A stretch of 64,000 nt of DNA from an uncultured Methanomicrobiaceae archaeon (GTDB lineage: Archaea > Halobacteriota > Methanomicrobia > Methanomicrobiales > Methanoculleaceae), in assembly GCA_963826525.1 (NCBI GenBank), contig CAWGXH010000005.1:128001-192000 (forward strand), read 5' to 3'. Shown here piece by piece: positions 10,174 through 22,579 of the stretch (the stretch's first letter is position 1; each line of letters begins with the position of its first letter). The notes beneath the pieces are model-generated. The model was not told where the DNA came from. It saw only the letters and a program-made list of their open reading frames with translations, and made no database searches. The position numbers were made by a program, and so were the translations under genes.

Positions 10174-10878
10174 ATGCATGGGCATACCATCCTCTCGACG
10201 GGAAACTCCGAACTCGACAAGAAGATCGCCGACGGCCTCCCGCTCCAGTCGCTCTCGCTGATCGAGGGCGAGAACGATACCGGCAAGAGCGTGCTCACCC
10301 AGCAGATCGTCTGGGGTGCGCTCAAGCAGGGATTCAACGTCGATCTCTTCTCCACCGAGAATACGAGCAAGAGTTTCCTCTCGCAGATGGAGTCGATGAG
10401 CCTCGACATCTCCGAGTACTTTGCCTGGGGGTACCTCCGGATCTTCCCGATGCACGTCGTCGGGTTTGAGTGGACGAAGGAGAAGATGCAGGGCACCCTC
10501 GAACGGATGATCGGGTTCATCGAGCGGAGCCGTGCCGAGGTCATCATCATCGATTCGCTGACGCTCTTCACCGAGTACGCCCAGCAGGATACGGTGCTCA
10601 CCTTCTTCACGAACTGCAAGCACCTCGTCGACCACGGCAAGACGATCCTGATCACGCTGCATACGTATGCCTTCGTCGAAGACTCGCTCGTCCGGATACG
10701 GTCGATCTGCGATGCTCACCTCTTCATGAAGAAAGCCCTCGTCGGCGGCAAGTACGTGATGATGCTCGAGGTCGTAAAAGTCCGGGGAGCGCGCAAAACG
10801 ACCGGAAACATCGTCAGTTTCGAGGTTCACCCCGGGTACGGCATCAAGATCATCCCCGTCTCCGTCGCAAAGGTGTGA
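10174..10878 (+). CDS. arlH: Archaellum KaiC-like ATPase ArlH (true start possibly near 10131 with an indel)
   Basis: STGNSELDKKIADGLP, Walker A GENDTGKS, IIIDSLT and FEVHPGYGIKIIP. Confidence 0.93.
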   Translation: MHGHTILSTGNSELDKKIADGLPLQSLSLIEGENDTGKSVLTQQIVWGALKQGFNVDLFSTENTSKSFLSQMESMSLDISEYFAWGYLRIFPMHVVGFEWTKEKMQGTLERMIGFIERSRAEVIIIDSLTLFTEYAQQDTVLTFFTNCKHLVDHGKTILITLHTYAFVEDSLVRIRSICDAHLFMKKALVGGKYVMMLEVVKVRGARKTTGNIVSFEVHPGYGIKIIPVSVAKV

Positions 10879-10881
10879 TCC

Positions 10882-12740
10882 ATGACGGCATCGCTCACGG
10901 CATCGGTAGCCCTCCCCTTCGAACCGGAGTTCATCGACGAGGGGAACGACTGCTACAACAACGTCGAGTCCTGCGCCCTCTACCGGATGCTGCCGGCCAA
11001 TGCCCGTGAGTACGTCAAGGACAGCCCGCACCTCCTCGAGTACCTCCATATCCTCCCCGTCAACACCGTCGGGATCCCGCTCTTCCTCTCGGAGCTGAAG
11101 CGCGACTTGAAGTCGATGGAGAATCCGAATATCATCTACCCGGTCAACGATACAACCTTTATCCATATCTTCCCGGACCCGAACGACGTGCGGAACTGGT
11201 ATATTCCGATCGAGCCTTCGTTTCTCCACAGCGTCAAGGATTTCCTCCCCCTCGTAGAGCAGAAACTGATCGACATGATCGACGCCATGGACGAGGAACC
11301 GGTGACCGAGAAGGCGCGGGCGGAGGTCTTGAAGAAATTCATCAGCCAGACCGTCTACGTCAAACAGCCCGACGAGGTGATCGACGAGTCCCGTCTTGCC
11401 GGAGGGACGCCGAAAGACCTGCAGGCCAGAATCAAGCAGTTCCTCAACTCCGATATCGGCGCGAAGGGGAAGATCCCGAAACATCAGGCCGCGGTGCCGC
11501 TGATGGCGGACGGACGCATCATCCTCTCGCAGCAGGAGTACAAGGCGCTCGAGTACCTCATGGTGCGGGACAAGATCGAGCTCGGGACGCTCAAACCCTT
11601 CCTCAGCGACGAGTACATCGAGGATATCACCTGCGACGGCGTCGGCCCCATCTTCATCGAGCATAAGATCTTCAAAGGGCTAAAATCGGTCGTCGGCTTT
11701 CAGGACTCCGGAGAACTCGACAAATTCGTCATCAAGCTCGCAGAACGGATCAAAAAGCCGCTCACCTACCGAAACCCGATCGTCGATGCGACGCTCCCCG
11801 ACGGCTCGCGTATCAACATCGTCTACGGCACCGAGATCAGCAAGCACGGCAGCAACTTCACGATCCGAAAGGTCAACGAGGTGCCCTTGAGCATCCTCCA
11901 GGTGATCGAGAGCGGTGCCTGCGACTACATGATGGCCGGCTACCTCTGGATCTGCCTCGAGTACGGCATGTCGATGTTCGTGAGCGGGGAGACCGCGAGC
12001 GGGAAGACGACGTCGCTCAACGCGCTGACGACCTTCCTCTCCCCCGAAAATAAGATCGTCACGATCGAGGATACCCCGAGCTGACGGTGCCGCACAAAAA
12101 CTGGAGCCGCGAGGTCGCGAAAGGCAAAGGGAAGGGAGAGGGCGAAGGGTCCGACGTCACCATGTTCGATCTCTTAAAAGCCGCCCTCCGTCAGCGCCCG
12201 AACCAGATCCTCGTCGGCGAGATCCGTGGAATCGAGGGGAGCGTCGCCTTCTCGGCCATGCAGACCGGCCACCCGGTGATGAGCACCTTCCACGCGGCAT
12301 CGGTCGAGAAACTGATCCAGCGTCTCTGCGGTGATCCGATCAATATTCCGAAGACCTACGTGGACAACTTAAACCTGGTGATCATCCAGAGTGCGGTGAA
12401 ACTGCCGCGGGGAGGGACGGTGCGGCGGATGCTGAGCATCAACGAACTCGTGGGGTTCGATCCCGAGACCCAGGGCTTCTCGTTCCTTGCGGCGTTCGTC
12501 TGGGACCCGGTCACCGACTCGTTCACGTTCACCGGAAAGGGGAGCAGTTACCTCCTCGAGAACAAGATCGCCTCGACGCTCGGTATCCCGGAGAATAAAC
12601 GCGCCGAGATCTACAACGAGGTCGAAAAGCGGGCGAAGATACTTGAACGGCTGCACAAGGCGGGGTATACCCAGTTCTGGGACCTCTTCCATATGACGAC
12701 GAAGATCAAGAAGCAGGGACTGCTCACCATCGAGGTCTGA
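10882..12740 (+). CDS. arlI: Archaellum motor ATPase ArlI (frameshift near 12078)
   Basis: Walker A GETASGKTT, TIEDTP(E)L, ALRQRP..ILVGEIRG and AMQTGH..MSTFHA across two ORFs. Confidence 0.95.
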
Positions 12741-12741
12741 C

Positions 12742-14339
12742 ATGTTCGAGAGCGTCACCGACCGGCTCCGCGAGGCGAACAAAGGCCAGTTGCCGTTTGA
12801 GGATCAGCTCAAAGTCCTCGGGAGCCTGCAGGAGAGGCTCCTTGAGAACAAGAAGATGGGGCAGGATCTCCTCTTCATGTACACCTACATGGCGGCGATC
12901 ACCACGGCATCGGTCACCCGTCCCGAGATCTTCGGGTATACCGCCGAACGGTTCGAGTACATCCCGACCCGGTACATTGCGAAGGTCCAGCGCCTCGTGA
13001 AAGGGTGGGGGTACAGTTATGCGGACGGGCTCCGGGTCATCGCCGAGAAGTGCCGAAACACGACGCTCAAGAGCATGCTCAACCGCTACGCAAACTCCAT
13101 CGACTCGGGCGTCCCCGACGACGATTTCATCGTGACCGAACTCTCGACAGTTCGGGAGATCTACCGGAACACCTTCGAGCAGGGCGTCGAGCTCTTAAAG
13201 AAATGGGGAGACGCCTACCTTGCCATGCTCCTCTCCGGCACGCTCGTCGCGATCATCATCATGATCTCGGTCGCGATCTATGCCCCCGACGGGATAGAGT
13301 CGGCGCTCAATTCCTCGTATATGATCATCATCGCCATCTCCGGGTTCGGGCTCGCGATCATGTACAAGGCGGTTCCCGACGATCAGAAGACCCACGGCCT
13401 TACGGATGTCTGCTCGCGGGAGCAGGGAACGATACACCGGATGGAACGGCTGGTCCTGCCGGTGGTGGCGGCGATATGCCTGATCCTGATCATCATCGGC
13501 GTGAACGCGGGTGTCATCTTCCTGCTCGTAGGGCTGCTCATCATGCCGCTCGGGATCATCGGGTATATCGACGACGACAACGTCGTCAACCGCGATGAAG
13601 ATTTCTCCACGTTTATCCGGAGTCTCGGGTCGGTCATGGGCGGGAAAGGGATCACGACCGCGGACGCATTGCAGGAGATCGACAAGAAATCCTTATCGAA
13701 CCTCGAACCGTTCATCAACTCCGTCACCTCGAAGCTCAACCTCGGCATCGACGAGGGGGGAGCTGGAAGCGGTTCATCGGCGAGACCGGGAGCAATCTCA
13801 TCTACAAGTACATGAATATCTTCCGCGATGCGGTGGCTCTCGGGGGGTCTGCCGACCGGATCGGCAAGATCGTCAGCTCGTCGATGCTCGAGCAGGTCCT
13901 CCTGCGGCGCAAGCGCGATATGCTCGTGAAGGGGTTCGTGGTGCTGCTTATCCCCATGCACGGGGCGATGGTCGGGATATTCGTATTCCTCTTTGAGATC
14001 CTTCTCACCATGTCGCGGGCAGTGACGGCGGTGTTTGAAACGCTCAACGATGCCACTGCGGCCCTCTCCGGCAGTACCTCCTCGATCGGCGGCAGCATGA
14101 CGGGTGCGATGAACTTCTTTACCGACTTTCCCGAGGCCGAGATGTCGACGTACGTGGTGACGATCTGCGTGATACTGACCATCAGCAACACCTTCGCCGG
14201 CAAGATCGTCGCCGGCGGAGACCGGTACATGTACTACTTCTTCGGAAGCCTGCTCTGCACCATCACCGGAATTATCTTCGTCGTCGCCCCAATTCTGGTC
14301 GGGATATTCTTCGACATACCTACATTCGGAGCTGTTTGA
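12742..14339 (+). CDS. arlJ: Archaellum platform membrane protein ArlJ (frameshift in a G-run near 13757)
   Basis: Polytopic PilC/GspF-like architecture directly after arlI; DLLFMYTYMAAI and FRDAVALGG. Confidence 0.93.
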
Positions 14340-14340
14340 C

Positions 14341-15508
14341 GTGAAAGAGAAGTTTCGCCGCCCGGTACTCTTTCTGGTAACGGTCACTGCAGGGTCGCTT
14401 CTGATCCTCTTTGACATTCCGCCGATCGTGATCATCGGCGGAACCGTTCTTGCCGGTTTCTGCATGCTGCTCGGAACCGGCGCATTGCCGATCGCCGATC
14501 TGCACCCCTCCCGGGTGTCTGCATCGATACGGGCACGGATGAAACGGCGTAAGCCGGCCACCCCGAAAGCCGCCGCGAAGGCTTCCCGGCGCATCCCCGA
14601 CATAGCGGCGGCACTGCGGCAGGCCGTGGCTGTCCTTGCGACGTTTTTCGCGTCTCTCCGAAAGACCGTCGTGAAGAGCCGTGCACCCGAGCACGAGAAG
14701 AGGGCGGAACTCGGTAAGATCGACGAGATGCTCGACCGAACAATCCGCGATCCCCTTGCCGGGCCGGAGAGGTCGGCCGCTCCCACCGCCGGAGGGGGAA
14801 GGGCAGAGGATCCGTTCAGCGCTCTTGACGACCTCGATACCTCATCGCTCGACGATCTCGATCTCGACGGCGAGGTCTCGCGGATCGCCTCGAAGTTCGG
14901 CACCGGGCAGGTATCGAAGTTCTCTGCTGAGGATGAGAGTGCTGTCTCCGATATCCTCAAGGCGCATCAGGACGAACTTGATGATCTCCGAGCTGCCGAC
15001 GGACTTCGACCTTGGGACCGATGGGTCGGAAGGCTTCCCCTCCTCGCCGTCCGCTCCTAAAGAGCGGGCAGCCCAGAACGGGCGGAGCATGCCCGTACCG
15101 GGAGCAGCGCTCCTGCCGGATATGCTGGAAGGGCTCAGTTCAGGCGCAGTCGGCGATATCCTCGGCGGGGAACTTGGCGATCTCGATGAGATAGATCTCG
15201 ACGAGATTGAGATCGAGGATGAGAGCGGTTCCGGTTCCGGCGGGCTTGCGGCTCTCATACCGGAACCCGAGGAGACCGAAGAGGAAGAGGCCGAGGAGGA
15301 GGAGCCGGAGAATTTCGATATGGTTTCCTTTGCCTCGGGAGGCCTTGCCGACGACGATCTCCTTGCAGAACTCAAATCAGACGTCAAGAAGCGAAAAGTG
15401 GTCGAGGACGTCAGTCTCCTCCGGGATCTGAAAGGCATGAAGTTCAGCGGGAAAGAACTTGCCGGTGAGATGGAGGAACTGTTGCGGGCGATGAGGCCGA
15501 AACACTGA
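14341..15508 (+). CDS. Uncharacterised membrane-anchored, highly acidic protein between arlJ and cheF (frameshift near 14990)
   Basis: Two N-terminal TM helices, a basic patch, D/E-rich low-complexity tracts and a C-terminal helical motif LLAELKSD...SLLRDLKG. Confidence 0.65.
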
Positions 15509-15532
15509 CGTCCCCGGGACGGGGAGAATGCT

Positions 15533-16339
15533 ATGAAAGAAGTTCCGATTAAGGTTGAACACGAAGGGGCGTGGGTCCCGACCCGGATGGGCATTGCAGA
15601 AGACCGGATCACGATCGGTGCGCCCGTTTCGGCCGAGATCCCCTATAAATCGATAGTCGACCTTGAGCAGAAGAAGAACCAGGTCTCCATAACGACCGGT
15701 GGCGAACCCGAACGGACATATCGGATAGCATCCGTCGATAAAGTCCTCGAGGTCTTAAAGAAGTTCGTCATTATGTCCTGCAGCGCCTACCGGCTGAACG
15801 CGTTCTTCATGTCGCCGGCGATACGGGGAGGCGTGCTCGTCCAGAACGCCCAGTGGGAGAAGGGGGCGATCGCCGTCCTCAAGACCGGGATCTGGTTTGT
15901 AAGCCAGAATAAGCAGGTCTGCATTCCCCTCGAGGAGGTGGCAAGCATCAGTCTCACGTCACGCGAAATTCAGGAAAAAGAGCTCGATGTCGTCAAGATC
16001 GACCACCTGATCGAGAACGAGGTGGTTACGAGTTTCGTCCTCTGCCCGCTCACGACGCTGCAGGTCCTGTACAATTTCCTGAAAGAGGCCACGCAAGATT
16101 CCGAGCCTTCGGAAGCACTCGATCCGGTCACGGGACAGGTGGCGATGCTGGTCTACAGCGGGATGGACTCGCATGCCATAGAGAATATGCTCCAGATCTC
16201 CCAGAAAGAACTCGATGCAATTTATGAAAAGCTCCTCTCGCTCGGTGTCGCGGAGGTCATCTGTATCAGAAAAGAGATCCAGTTGACCGCAAAAGGCGTC
16301 CGCCACATCTCTGACGCGGTAAAATCTTCAACAAACTAA
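15533..16339 (+). CDS. cheF: Archaeal chemotaxis adaptor CheF (DUF439)
   Basis: SPAIRGGV...WEKG and VKIDH...VVTS motifs; C-terminal winged helix LVYSGMD; directly upstream of cheY. Confidence 0.85.
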   Translation: MKEVPIKVEHEGAWVPTRMGIAEDRITIGAPVSAEIPYKSIVDLEQKKNQVSITTGGEPERTYRIASVDKVLEVLKKFVIMSCSAYRLNAFFMSPAIRGGVLVQNAQWEKGAIAVLKTGIWFVSQNKQVCIPLEEVASISLTSREIQEKELDVVKIDHLIENEVVTSFVLCPLTTLQVLYNFLKEATQDSEPSEALDPVTGQVAMLVYSGMDSHAIENMLQISQKELDAIYEKLLSLGVAEVICIRKEIQLTAKGVRHISDAVKSSTN

Positions 16340-16406
16340 TTTTCCGGTAATTATGGAATAATAAGTTCTATATAGCGCACTACACAAATATTGAATAAGG
16401 TGAGCG

Positions 16407-16769
16407 ATGGGAAGAATTCTGATTGTAGACGACACGATGTTCATGAGGACGCTTTTAAAGAATATTCTGTTTTCGGGTGGACACGATATCGTCGGTGAAG
16501 CCGGTGACGGCGCCGAGGCTATCGCAAAGTACCAGGAACTCAAGCCCGACCTCGTGACCATGGACGTCGTTATGCCCAAAGTGAACGGTATTGAGGCATT
16601 AAAAGCGATCAAGACCGCAGATCCTGCGGCAAAGATCATCATGTGCACGGCCGTCGGCCAGGAGCAGATGGTCAAGCTCGCGATCAAAAGCGGTGCCCGC
16701 GGGTATATCGTCAAGCCGTTCCAGGCTCCGAAAGTCCTTGAAGAAGTGAAGAGCGTTCTTAGTGCATGA
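16407..16769 (+). CDS. cheY: Chemotaxis response regulator CheY
   Basis: ILIVDD, PDLVTMDVVMP, MCTAVGQ and YIVKPF. Confidence 0.95.
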   Translation: MGRILIVDDTMFMRTLLKNILFSGGHDIVGEAGDGAEAIAKYQELKPDLVTMDVVMPKVNGIEALKAIKTADPAAKIIMCTAVGQEQMVKLAIKSGARGYIVKPFQAPKVLEEVKSVLSA

Positions 16770-17794
16770 GCATGATTCGGGTTTTGGTCGTCGACGACTC
16801 GCTGTTTATCCGGACGCTCCTTCGGGATATGCTCAAGGACGACCCGGGCATCGAAGTTGTCGGAACTGCGGTAAACGGCATCGACGCGCTTGAAAAGATC
16901 CGGAGCCTCGCTCCCGACGTCGTCACGCTCGACATCGAGATGCCCCGCATGAGCGGGATCGAGGTGCTCGAGGCGCTCAAAGAGGTGGAGCAGCGGCCGA
17001 AGATCATCGTCCTCTCGACCCTGACGTCCCGGCATGCCGATATGACCCACAGGGCGCTGCAGCTCGGCGCCGACGACTTCATGCTTAAACCCCGGGATAT
17101 CCACCAGGTTCGAGGGCTTGAGCGGGAGCTCGTCGAGAAGATCAAAAGCCTCATCGCGGTTCCGGTATTCTCAGGCGTCTCTTCCGTATCGGATGAGGAT
17201 GCCGAGGCCGTCGTCCTGATCGGCTCGTCTGCGGGAGGGCCGCATATGCTGGATCAGGTGCTCTCGAAACTCCGCTCCGATATCCGTGCCGCCGTCATCG
17301 TCACGCAGCATATGCCGGAAGGGTTCACCGCACCCCTGGCAGAACGGCTCAACCGGATCTCGCCGCTGCACGTCAAGGAGACCGAGAACGGGGAGACCCT
17401 GAAGAACAGCACCGTTGTGGTCTCGAAAGCCGGATTCCACACCGTCGTATCGGCCGTGCCCGGGAAGGCGGGGAGAAACCACGGCCGGATCGTCCACTCG
17501 AAAGCCCCGCAGGTCCATGCCGTGCGGCCTGCCGTCGATAAGACATTCACCTCGGCAGCAAACGTATTCGGCCCTCGTGTCGTCTCCGTCATCTTAAGCG
17601 GCATGGGTCACGACGGTGGCGAGGGAACGCTCGCGGTGAAGGCGGCCGGCGGTGTCACGATGGTCTGTGCCGAGGATGACTGCCTCGTCTACGGGATGGC
17701 CCGGTCGGCACTCAGCCGCAGCTGCGTGGATAGAGTTGTACCGCTCAGGGGGATCGCCCGTGAGATCATGAAGGCGCTCGAGGAGGTAGACTGA
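16766..17794 (+). CDS. cheB: Chemotaxis methylesterase CheB
   Basis: Receiver domain plus GSSAGGP, QHMP and LSGMGHDG catalytic motifs. Confidence 0.96.
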   Translation: MSMIRVLVVDDSLFIRTLLRDMLKDDPGIEVVGTAVNGIDALEKIRSLAPDVVTLDIEMPRMSGIEVLEALKEVEQRPKIIVLSTLTSRHADMTHRALQLGADDFMLKPRDIHQVRGLERELVEKIKSLIAVPVFSGVSSVSDEDAEAVVLIGSSAGGPHMLDQVLSKLRSDIRAAVIVTQHMPEGFTAPLAERLNRISPLHVKETENGETLKNSTVVVSKAGFHTVVSAVPGKAGRNHGRIVHSKAPQVHAVRPAVDKTFTSAANVFGPRVVSVILSGMGHDGGEGTLAVKAAGGVTMVCAEDDCLVYGMARSALSRSCVDRVVPLRGIAREIMKALEEVD

Positions 17795-19733
17795 TGGCGA
17801 TGCTTGATGAGGAGATGTATCGGAAACTCTTTGTTGATGAGTCACGGGAGAACCATGAAGTTATTGTGAACAATCTCCTTACTCTTGAGCATGGGGAAGA
17901 TGCGGCTGCCATTGACGAGATATTCAGGTCTGCGCATACGCTGAAGGGTATGTCCGCATCCATGGGCTACGATGAGATGGAGCACCTCTGCCATTCCATG
18001 GAGGACATCTTCCAGCTCATCCGGAGCGGGCAGCGAGACGTAACGCCGGCTCTTGCCGACCTTCTCCTCTGCTGCACCGACGTTATCGAGGAGATGCTCG
18101 ATGAGATCGAGGCGGGAGACAGTCCGGCTTCGGAGAAGTCCGGGAACCTGATCGCAAGTCTCAAGGCCTTCATCGGCGACCTGCCCGATGCACCCTCGCC
18201 GGCAGAGCCCGCACCCCTTGAAGAGTATGAATCCCCGGCATCCTCGGTGAATGCTGCCTGCTCGCTTCCTCTCTATGATGTCGGCGTCACGCTCGATCCT
18301 GCCTGCGGGATGAAGGATGTGCGTGCCATCATCATTCTCCAGAACCTCGAAGAGCTCGGGAGTATCCTCGCGACAACGCCCTCTCGCGATCTCATCGAGG
18401 ACGGCCGGTTCGACGGGTCGTTCTCCCTGCTCGTCGCAAGCGATGCGGGCGACGAGGCACTGGCGACCGTTGCGTCGGGAGCGGATGTTCAGCACGCGAC
18501 GGTCACCCTTCATGAACCGGATGCAGCGGACGATGAGCCGTTGCAGCTCGAAGACCCGGTGCTCGCTCCGCAGAAACCCGGAAAGAACGACAAAAATCGG
18601 GAGATAAAAAATATCCGGGTCGATATCCATCGGCTCGATCAGATGATGAACCTCGTCGAGGATCTCGTCATCAACCGCGGGCGCCTCGAACTGATCGCGA
18701 GGAAGCACGGGATCAAAGAGTTTGACGAAGCCCTCAGTATGGTCGGCCGGTCGGTCTCCGACCTCCAGAACCTCATGATGGGTATCCGGATGATCCCGCT
18801 CGAGCGGATATTCAGCCGGCTCCCCCGCGTCGTCCGCGACGTTGCGAACTACGACGGGAAAGAGGTTGAGTTCGTCGTCGAAGGCGGCGATACCGAACTC
18901 GACCGGAGTATGATGGACGGGCTCAACGATCCGCTCCTCCATATCATCCGGAACGCCGTCAACCACGGTATCGAGCCGCCTGCGGTGAGAGAGGCCGCAG
19001 GTAAGCCGCGAAAAGGGCTCCTGAAACTGACTGCCCGCCGTGATCGGGACAATGTCATCCTCGAGATCGAAGAGGACGGCGCAGGAATGGACCCGAGAAG
19101 CTCCGCCGTTCGGCAGTCGAGAAGGAACTCATGACCCCCGAAACCGCACGAACGGCGTCGAAGGAGGACCTGATCGGCCTGATATTCCAGCCCGGCTTTT
19201 CAACCGCCGAGAAGATCACCGATATCAGTGGACGGGGTGTCGGGCTCGACGTGGTGAAGCGTTCGATCGAGGCGCTCAAAGGGACGATCCGGGTGGAGTC
19301 CGTCGTCGGGAAAGGGACGAAGTTCGAACTCGTCCTGCCGCCGACCATGGCCATCGTCGACGTGATGATGGTGCATATCAACGGGATGCGCTGCGCGATA
19401 CCGATCAGCAACGTCGTCGAGGTAGCAACGGCCCGTCAGGACGCCGTCCACCACATCGGGTCGACCGAGACGATTCTGCTTCGGGATAACCTCCTTCCCA
19501 TGCACCGGCTTGAGGATATGTTCGGAGCGACAAAAAAGAGTGGCGAGACGCTTGTCGTGCTGCAGAATAACGGCAAAAAGTGTTGTATCGTCGTGGACTC
19601 CGTTGAGGGTCAGCAGGAAGTCGTGGTGAAACCGCTCAGCCGCCTGGTAGGCAGCTGCCGGGGAATCAGCGGCGTGACCATTCCCGGTGACGGGGATGTC
19701 GTGCCGGTTCTCGATGTGAACACAATGGTGTAG
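17794..19733 (+). CDS. cheA: Chemotaxis histidine kinase CheA (frameshift near 19095)
   Basis: Hpt FRSAHTLKG, P2 domain, HIIRNAVNHG, DGAG, ISGRGVGLDVV and a C-terminal CheW-like domain. Confidence 0.96.
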
Positions 19734-19743
19734 GTGAACCTCT

Positions 19744-20353
19744 ATGGAACTAGATATCTATCAGACGGATGCGTTGAACGAGCTTGGAAACATCGGTGCG
19801 GCACATGCCGCGACGACACTCTCCCAGATGCTGATGAGCCCGGTGGAGATGACCGTTCCGGAGGTGCTGGTCGTGGATATCGCGGATGTCTACCAGTACA
19901 TCGGCGACGAGATCTCGGCCCTGGTCGTCTTCCAGATCCAGGGAGACCTTGCGGACGGCGGCTACATCGTCGTCAGCATGCCGATAGGCGCCGTTACCGA
20001 GTCTGACGAATATGATGCTCGGGATGACGGGGAGCGACCGGGAACTCACCGAGATGGATCAGAGTGCCGTCATCGAGATCGGAAACATCATGATATCGGC
20101 CTTCCTTGACGCAACCGCCGAGCTGCTCGGCATTGTCATGCTCCCGTCCCCCCCTGCGCTCGCAGTCGATATGGCTCATGCAGCCTTCCAGTCGATCATC
20201 GCCCAGATGGCGGTCGACGTCAACGAGGTGGTCATCTTCAGTACCGAACTTGCGAGCAGTGCTCCTCCCATCTATGGAAGTATCTTCCTGCTCCCGAATG
20301 CCGAGTTACTCCGTGAGATCATCCGGTTACTCGAAGCGCTCCTCGTGCCGTGA
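19744..20353 (+). CDS. cheC: Chemotaxis phosphatase CheC (frameshift near 20000)
   Basis: Two D/S-x3-E-x2-N motifs: DALNELGNIG and SAVIEIGNI. Confidence 0.93.
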
Positions 20354-20371
20354 CATTGGTGCCTGATCCCG

Positions 20372-20866
20372 ATGGAAAAACGTTTTTTTGTGGAAGAGAA
20401 TGCCGTCATTATCGGCATCGGGGACTACCGGGTCGGTTCGTCCTCTATGGCCACCGTAGGGCTCGGCTCCTGCGTTGCGCTGATTCTCCACGACGCCAGG
20501 CGTTCGATAGGCGGGCTTGCGCATATCATGCTGCCGGAGAGCCGCGGGGCTCCTACCGACAGGCCCGGGAAGTTTGCGGATACCGCACTTGCTGTGCTGG
20601 TGAGCGAGATGGAGGCGCTCGGCTCCACCCGGGGATCGATGGTGGCCAAACTCGTCGGTGGAGCAAGCATGTTCGCGTACTCCGGCACCAGCCTCAATAT
20701 CGGAGAGCGGAACGTGGAAGCGATCCGGTCTCTCCTGCAGGGGCAGCGCCTGCGGATCGACGGCGAGGAGACGGGAGGAAAGGTCGGACGATCGGTCATC
20801 TACCGGCCTTCCGAAGGCGGCCGGACAACGGTGAAGCGGGCTGATGGCAGATGCGTCGTCCTCTGA
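20372..20866 (+). CDS. cheD: Chemoreceptor glutamine deamidase CheD
   Basis: GLGSCV, GGLAHIMLP, KFAD, AKLVGGA and IGERN. Confidence 0.96.
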   Translation: MEKRFFVEENAVIIGIGDYRVGSSSMATVGLGSCVALILHDARRSIGGLAHIMLPESRGAPTDRPGKFADTALAVLVSEMEALGSTRGSMVAKLVGGASMFAYSGTSLNIGERNVEAIRSLLQGQRLRIDGEETGGKVGRSVIYRPSEGGRTTVKRADGRCVVL

Positions 20867-22396
20867 TCGTCCTTCTCCTCCTCCTCTTCTGTATACATCC
20901 GGCAACTGCTGCCGCTGTTCTTTTTATTCCCCAATCGGATACGTTGATCCTCTCCGACGGCGTTAAGGAGATGATCAACGGCCCCTCCGGAGAGGTGATC
21001 TTTGCCACGGACCGAGGTCTCTCCATCTACGATACCGGCGGAGTCTGGCATGCAGTCCGGATGAGCCGGAACAGCAGCGAGGGTCTCCTTCGGGATATGG
21101 TGACGGCGGTCGAATTCGATCGCCAGGGGAGGCTCTGGCTCGGATATCCGGGCGGCCTGCAGATATCGGACGGCACCGGCTATGAGACGATCCAGGATCA
21201 GCAGCTCCCTCAAGAACCTCCAGATCAACGAGATCACCCGCCGGGACGGCGAGATCTGGGTTGCGACCGGCCACTCCGGCCTGCACTGTTGTGTCAACGG
21301 CACGTGGACCTGGTACAAGCCCTACGGAGAGGCGGGGCTCGGATGTCGGGAGATCGTGAGCATGGCGGTCGATGCTCGGACCGGGTCGCTCGTGGTAGGA
21401 TCGGCCGGTGAAGGTCTCTGGCTGCTCGAGAAGAACGCGGGCTCTGCCCGGTTCCTGCAGGTGACGGACGGAGGTAGGCCGGTCGAGCTGATGCAGCAGG
21501 TCCGCCCCGACCCCTTTGGCGGCGTGTACATCTTCAACAAGACGCAGATTCTCCGGTTCTCTCCGCCGGGTACGATAGAGACGGTACTTAACGTCGCCGA
21601 TCTCGGCGAACCGCAGAACGGTATCAACGATCTCGTCGCAACCCCGCATGGCATGCTGATCCTCGCGACCGACCGGGGTATCTTCGGCTGGGGTGAGAAC
21701 GGTGTCGGGATGCACAGAACTGCCGGGGACGGTATCGGTTCCGATATCGTGAAGAACGTCTTCATCGATACGGCCGGGAGATGCTGGTTCGTCGTCCCGG
21801 GAGCGGTCGGCTACCTGCCTGCCGTCGAGGAGACGACCTCCCTTGCTATCAGTGCCCCACCGGGAACCGCATCCGGTACCCCTCCTGTCAGCCCCGAACC
21901 GCAAGCGTCGCCCGCGAGCCGCCGGGAATCCTGGCCAGAGCCGCTCCCGGGAGATTCACGGATGGATGCCGGCACCGGAACCTATCCCGGTGTGGATATC
22001 TTCGCTGCTTTTGTCTCCGTGGCGAACGAAGCGCTCGGGGATTCGGCGTGGACCCTGCAGCGCTCGATCAACGGGCTCGCGGTTCAGGTGGCGGGCTCGC
22101 CGGTATTCCCCGATCTCCCCGATGAGATGCCGTCGGAGGCGGCTCGTATCGCGGAGAACCTGTCAGGGGAGCAGGAAACGAACTTCATCGAGGGTATCGG
22201 CGATTCGGTGCGGGGAATCTTTACGGAGGAGCCAAGCGAGACCGGGCAGTTCAGCGGCTCGGGTGTCCACGATCTCATCGACCGGTATGTCCCGGGCGGG
22301 ATGGAGGTCGACAGAAACGACCTCCACGACCTGATCAATCGGAGTTCGGACGATCAGAATGCGCTGAACAGGAGCGCCGCTTCTCCGGGACTCTAG
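20851..22396 (+). CDS. Secreted ligand-binding beta-propeller protein, two-component-sensor-type repeats (frameshift near 21208)
   Basis: Signal peptide MRRPLIVLLLLLFCIHPATAA; propeller repeats ATDRGLSIYD, DRQGRLWLG, DGEIWVAT and DTAGRCWF. Overlaps the cheD stop. Confidence 0.7.
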
Positions 22397-22579
22397 GTCG
22401 AAAGCGCTATCCATTTTGGAGAATCCCCGGGATGGCGATACTCCACTTTTCTGGAAGTTCCACCCCACTCATTCCGCACTCCGCACTGCACGGCGGGCGT
22501 CTGTCGTCCATCCGGTAACCGCGTTATGCCAGTTCCCGGGCACGCCCACCCTAGTCTGGGAGGCGAGATCGAGTCGGAT

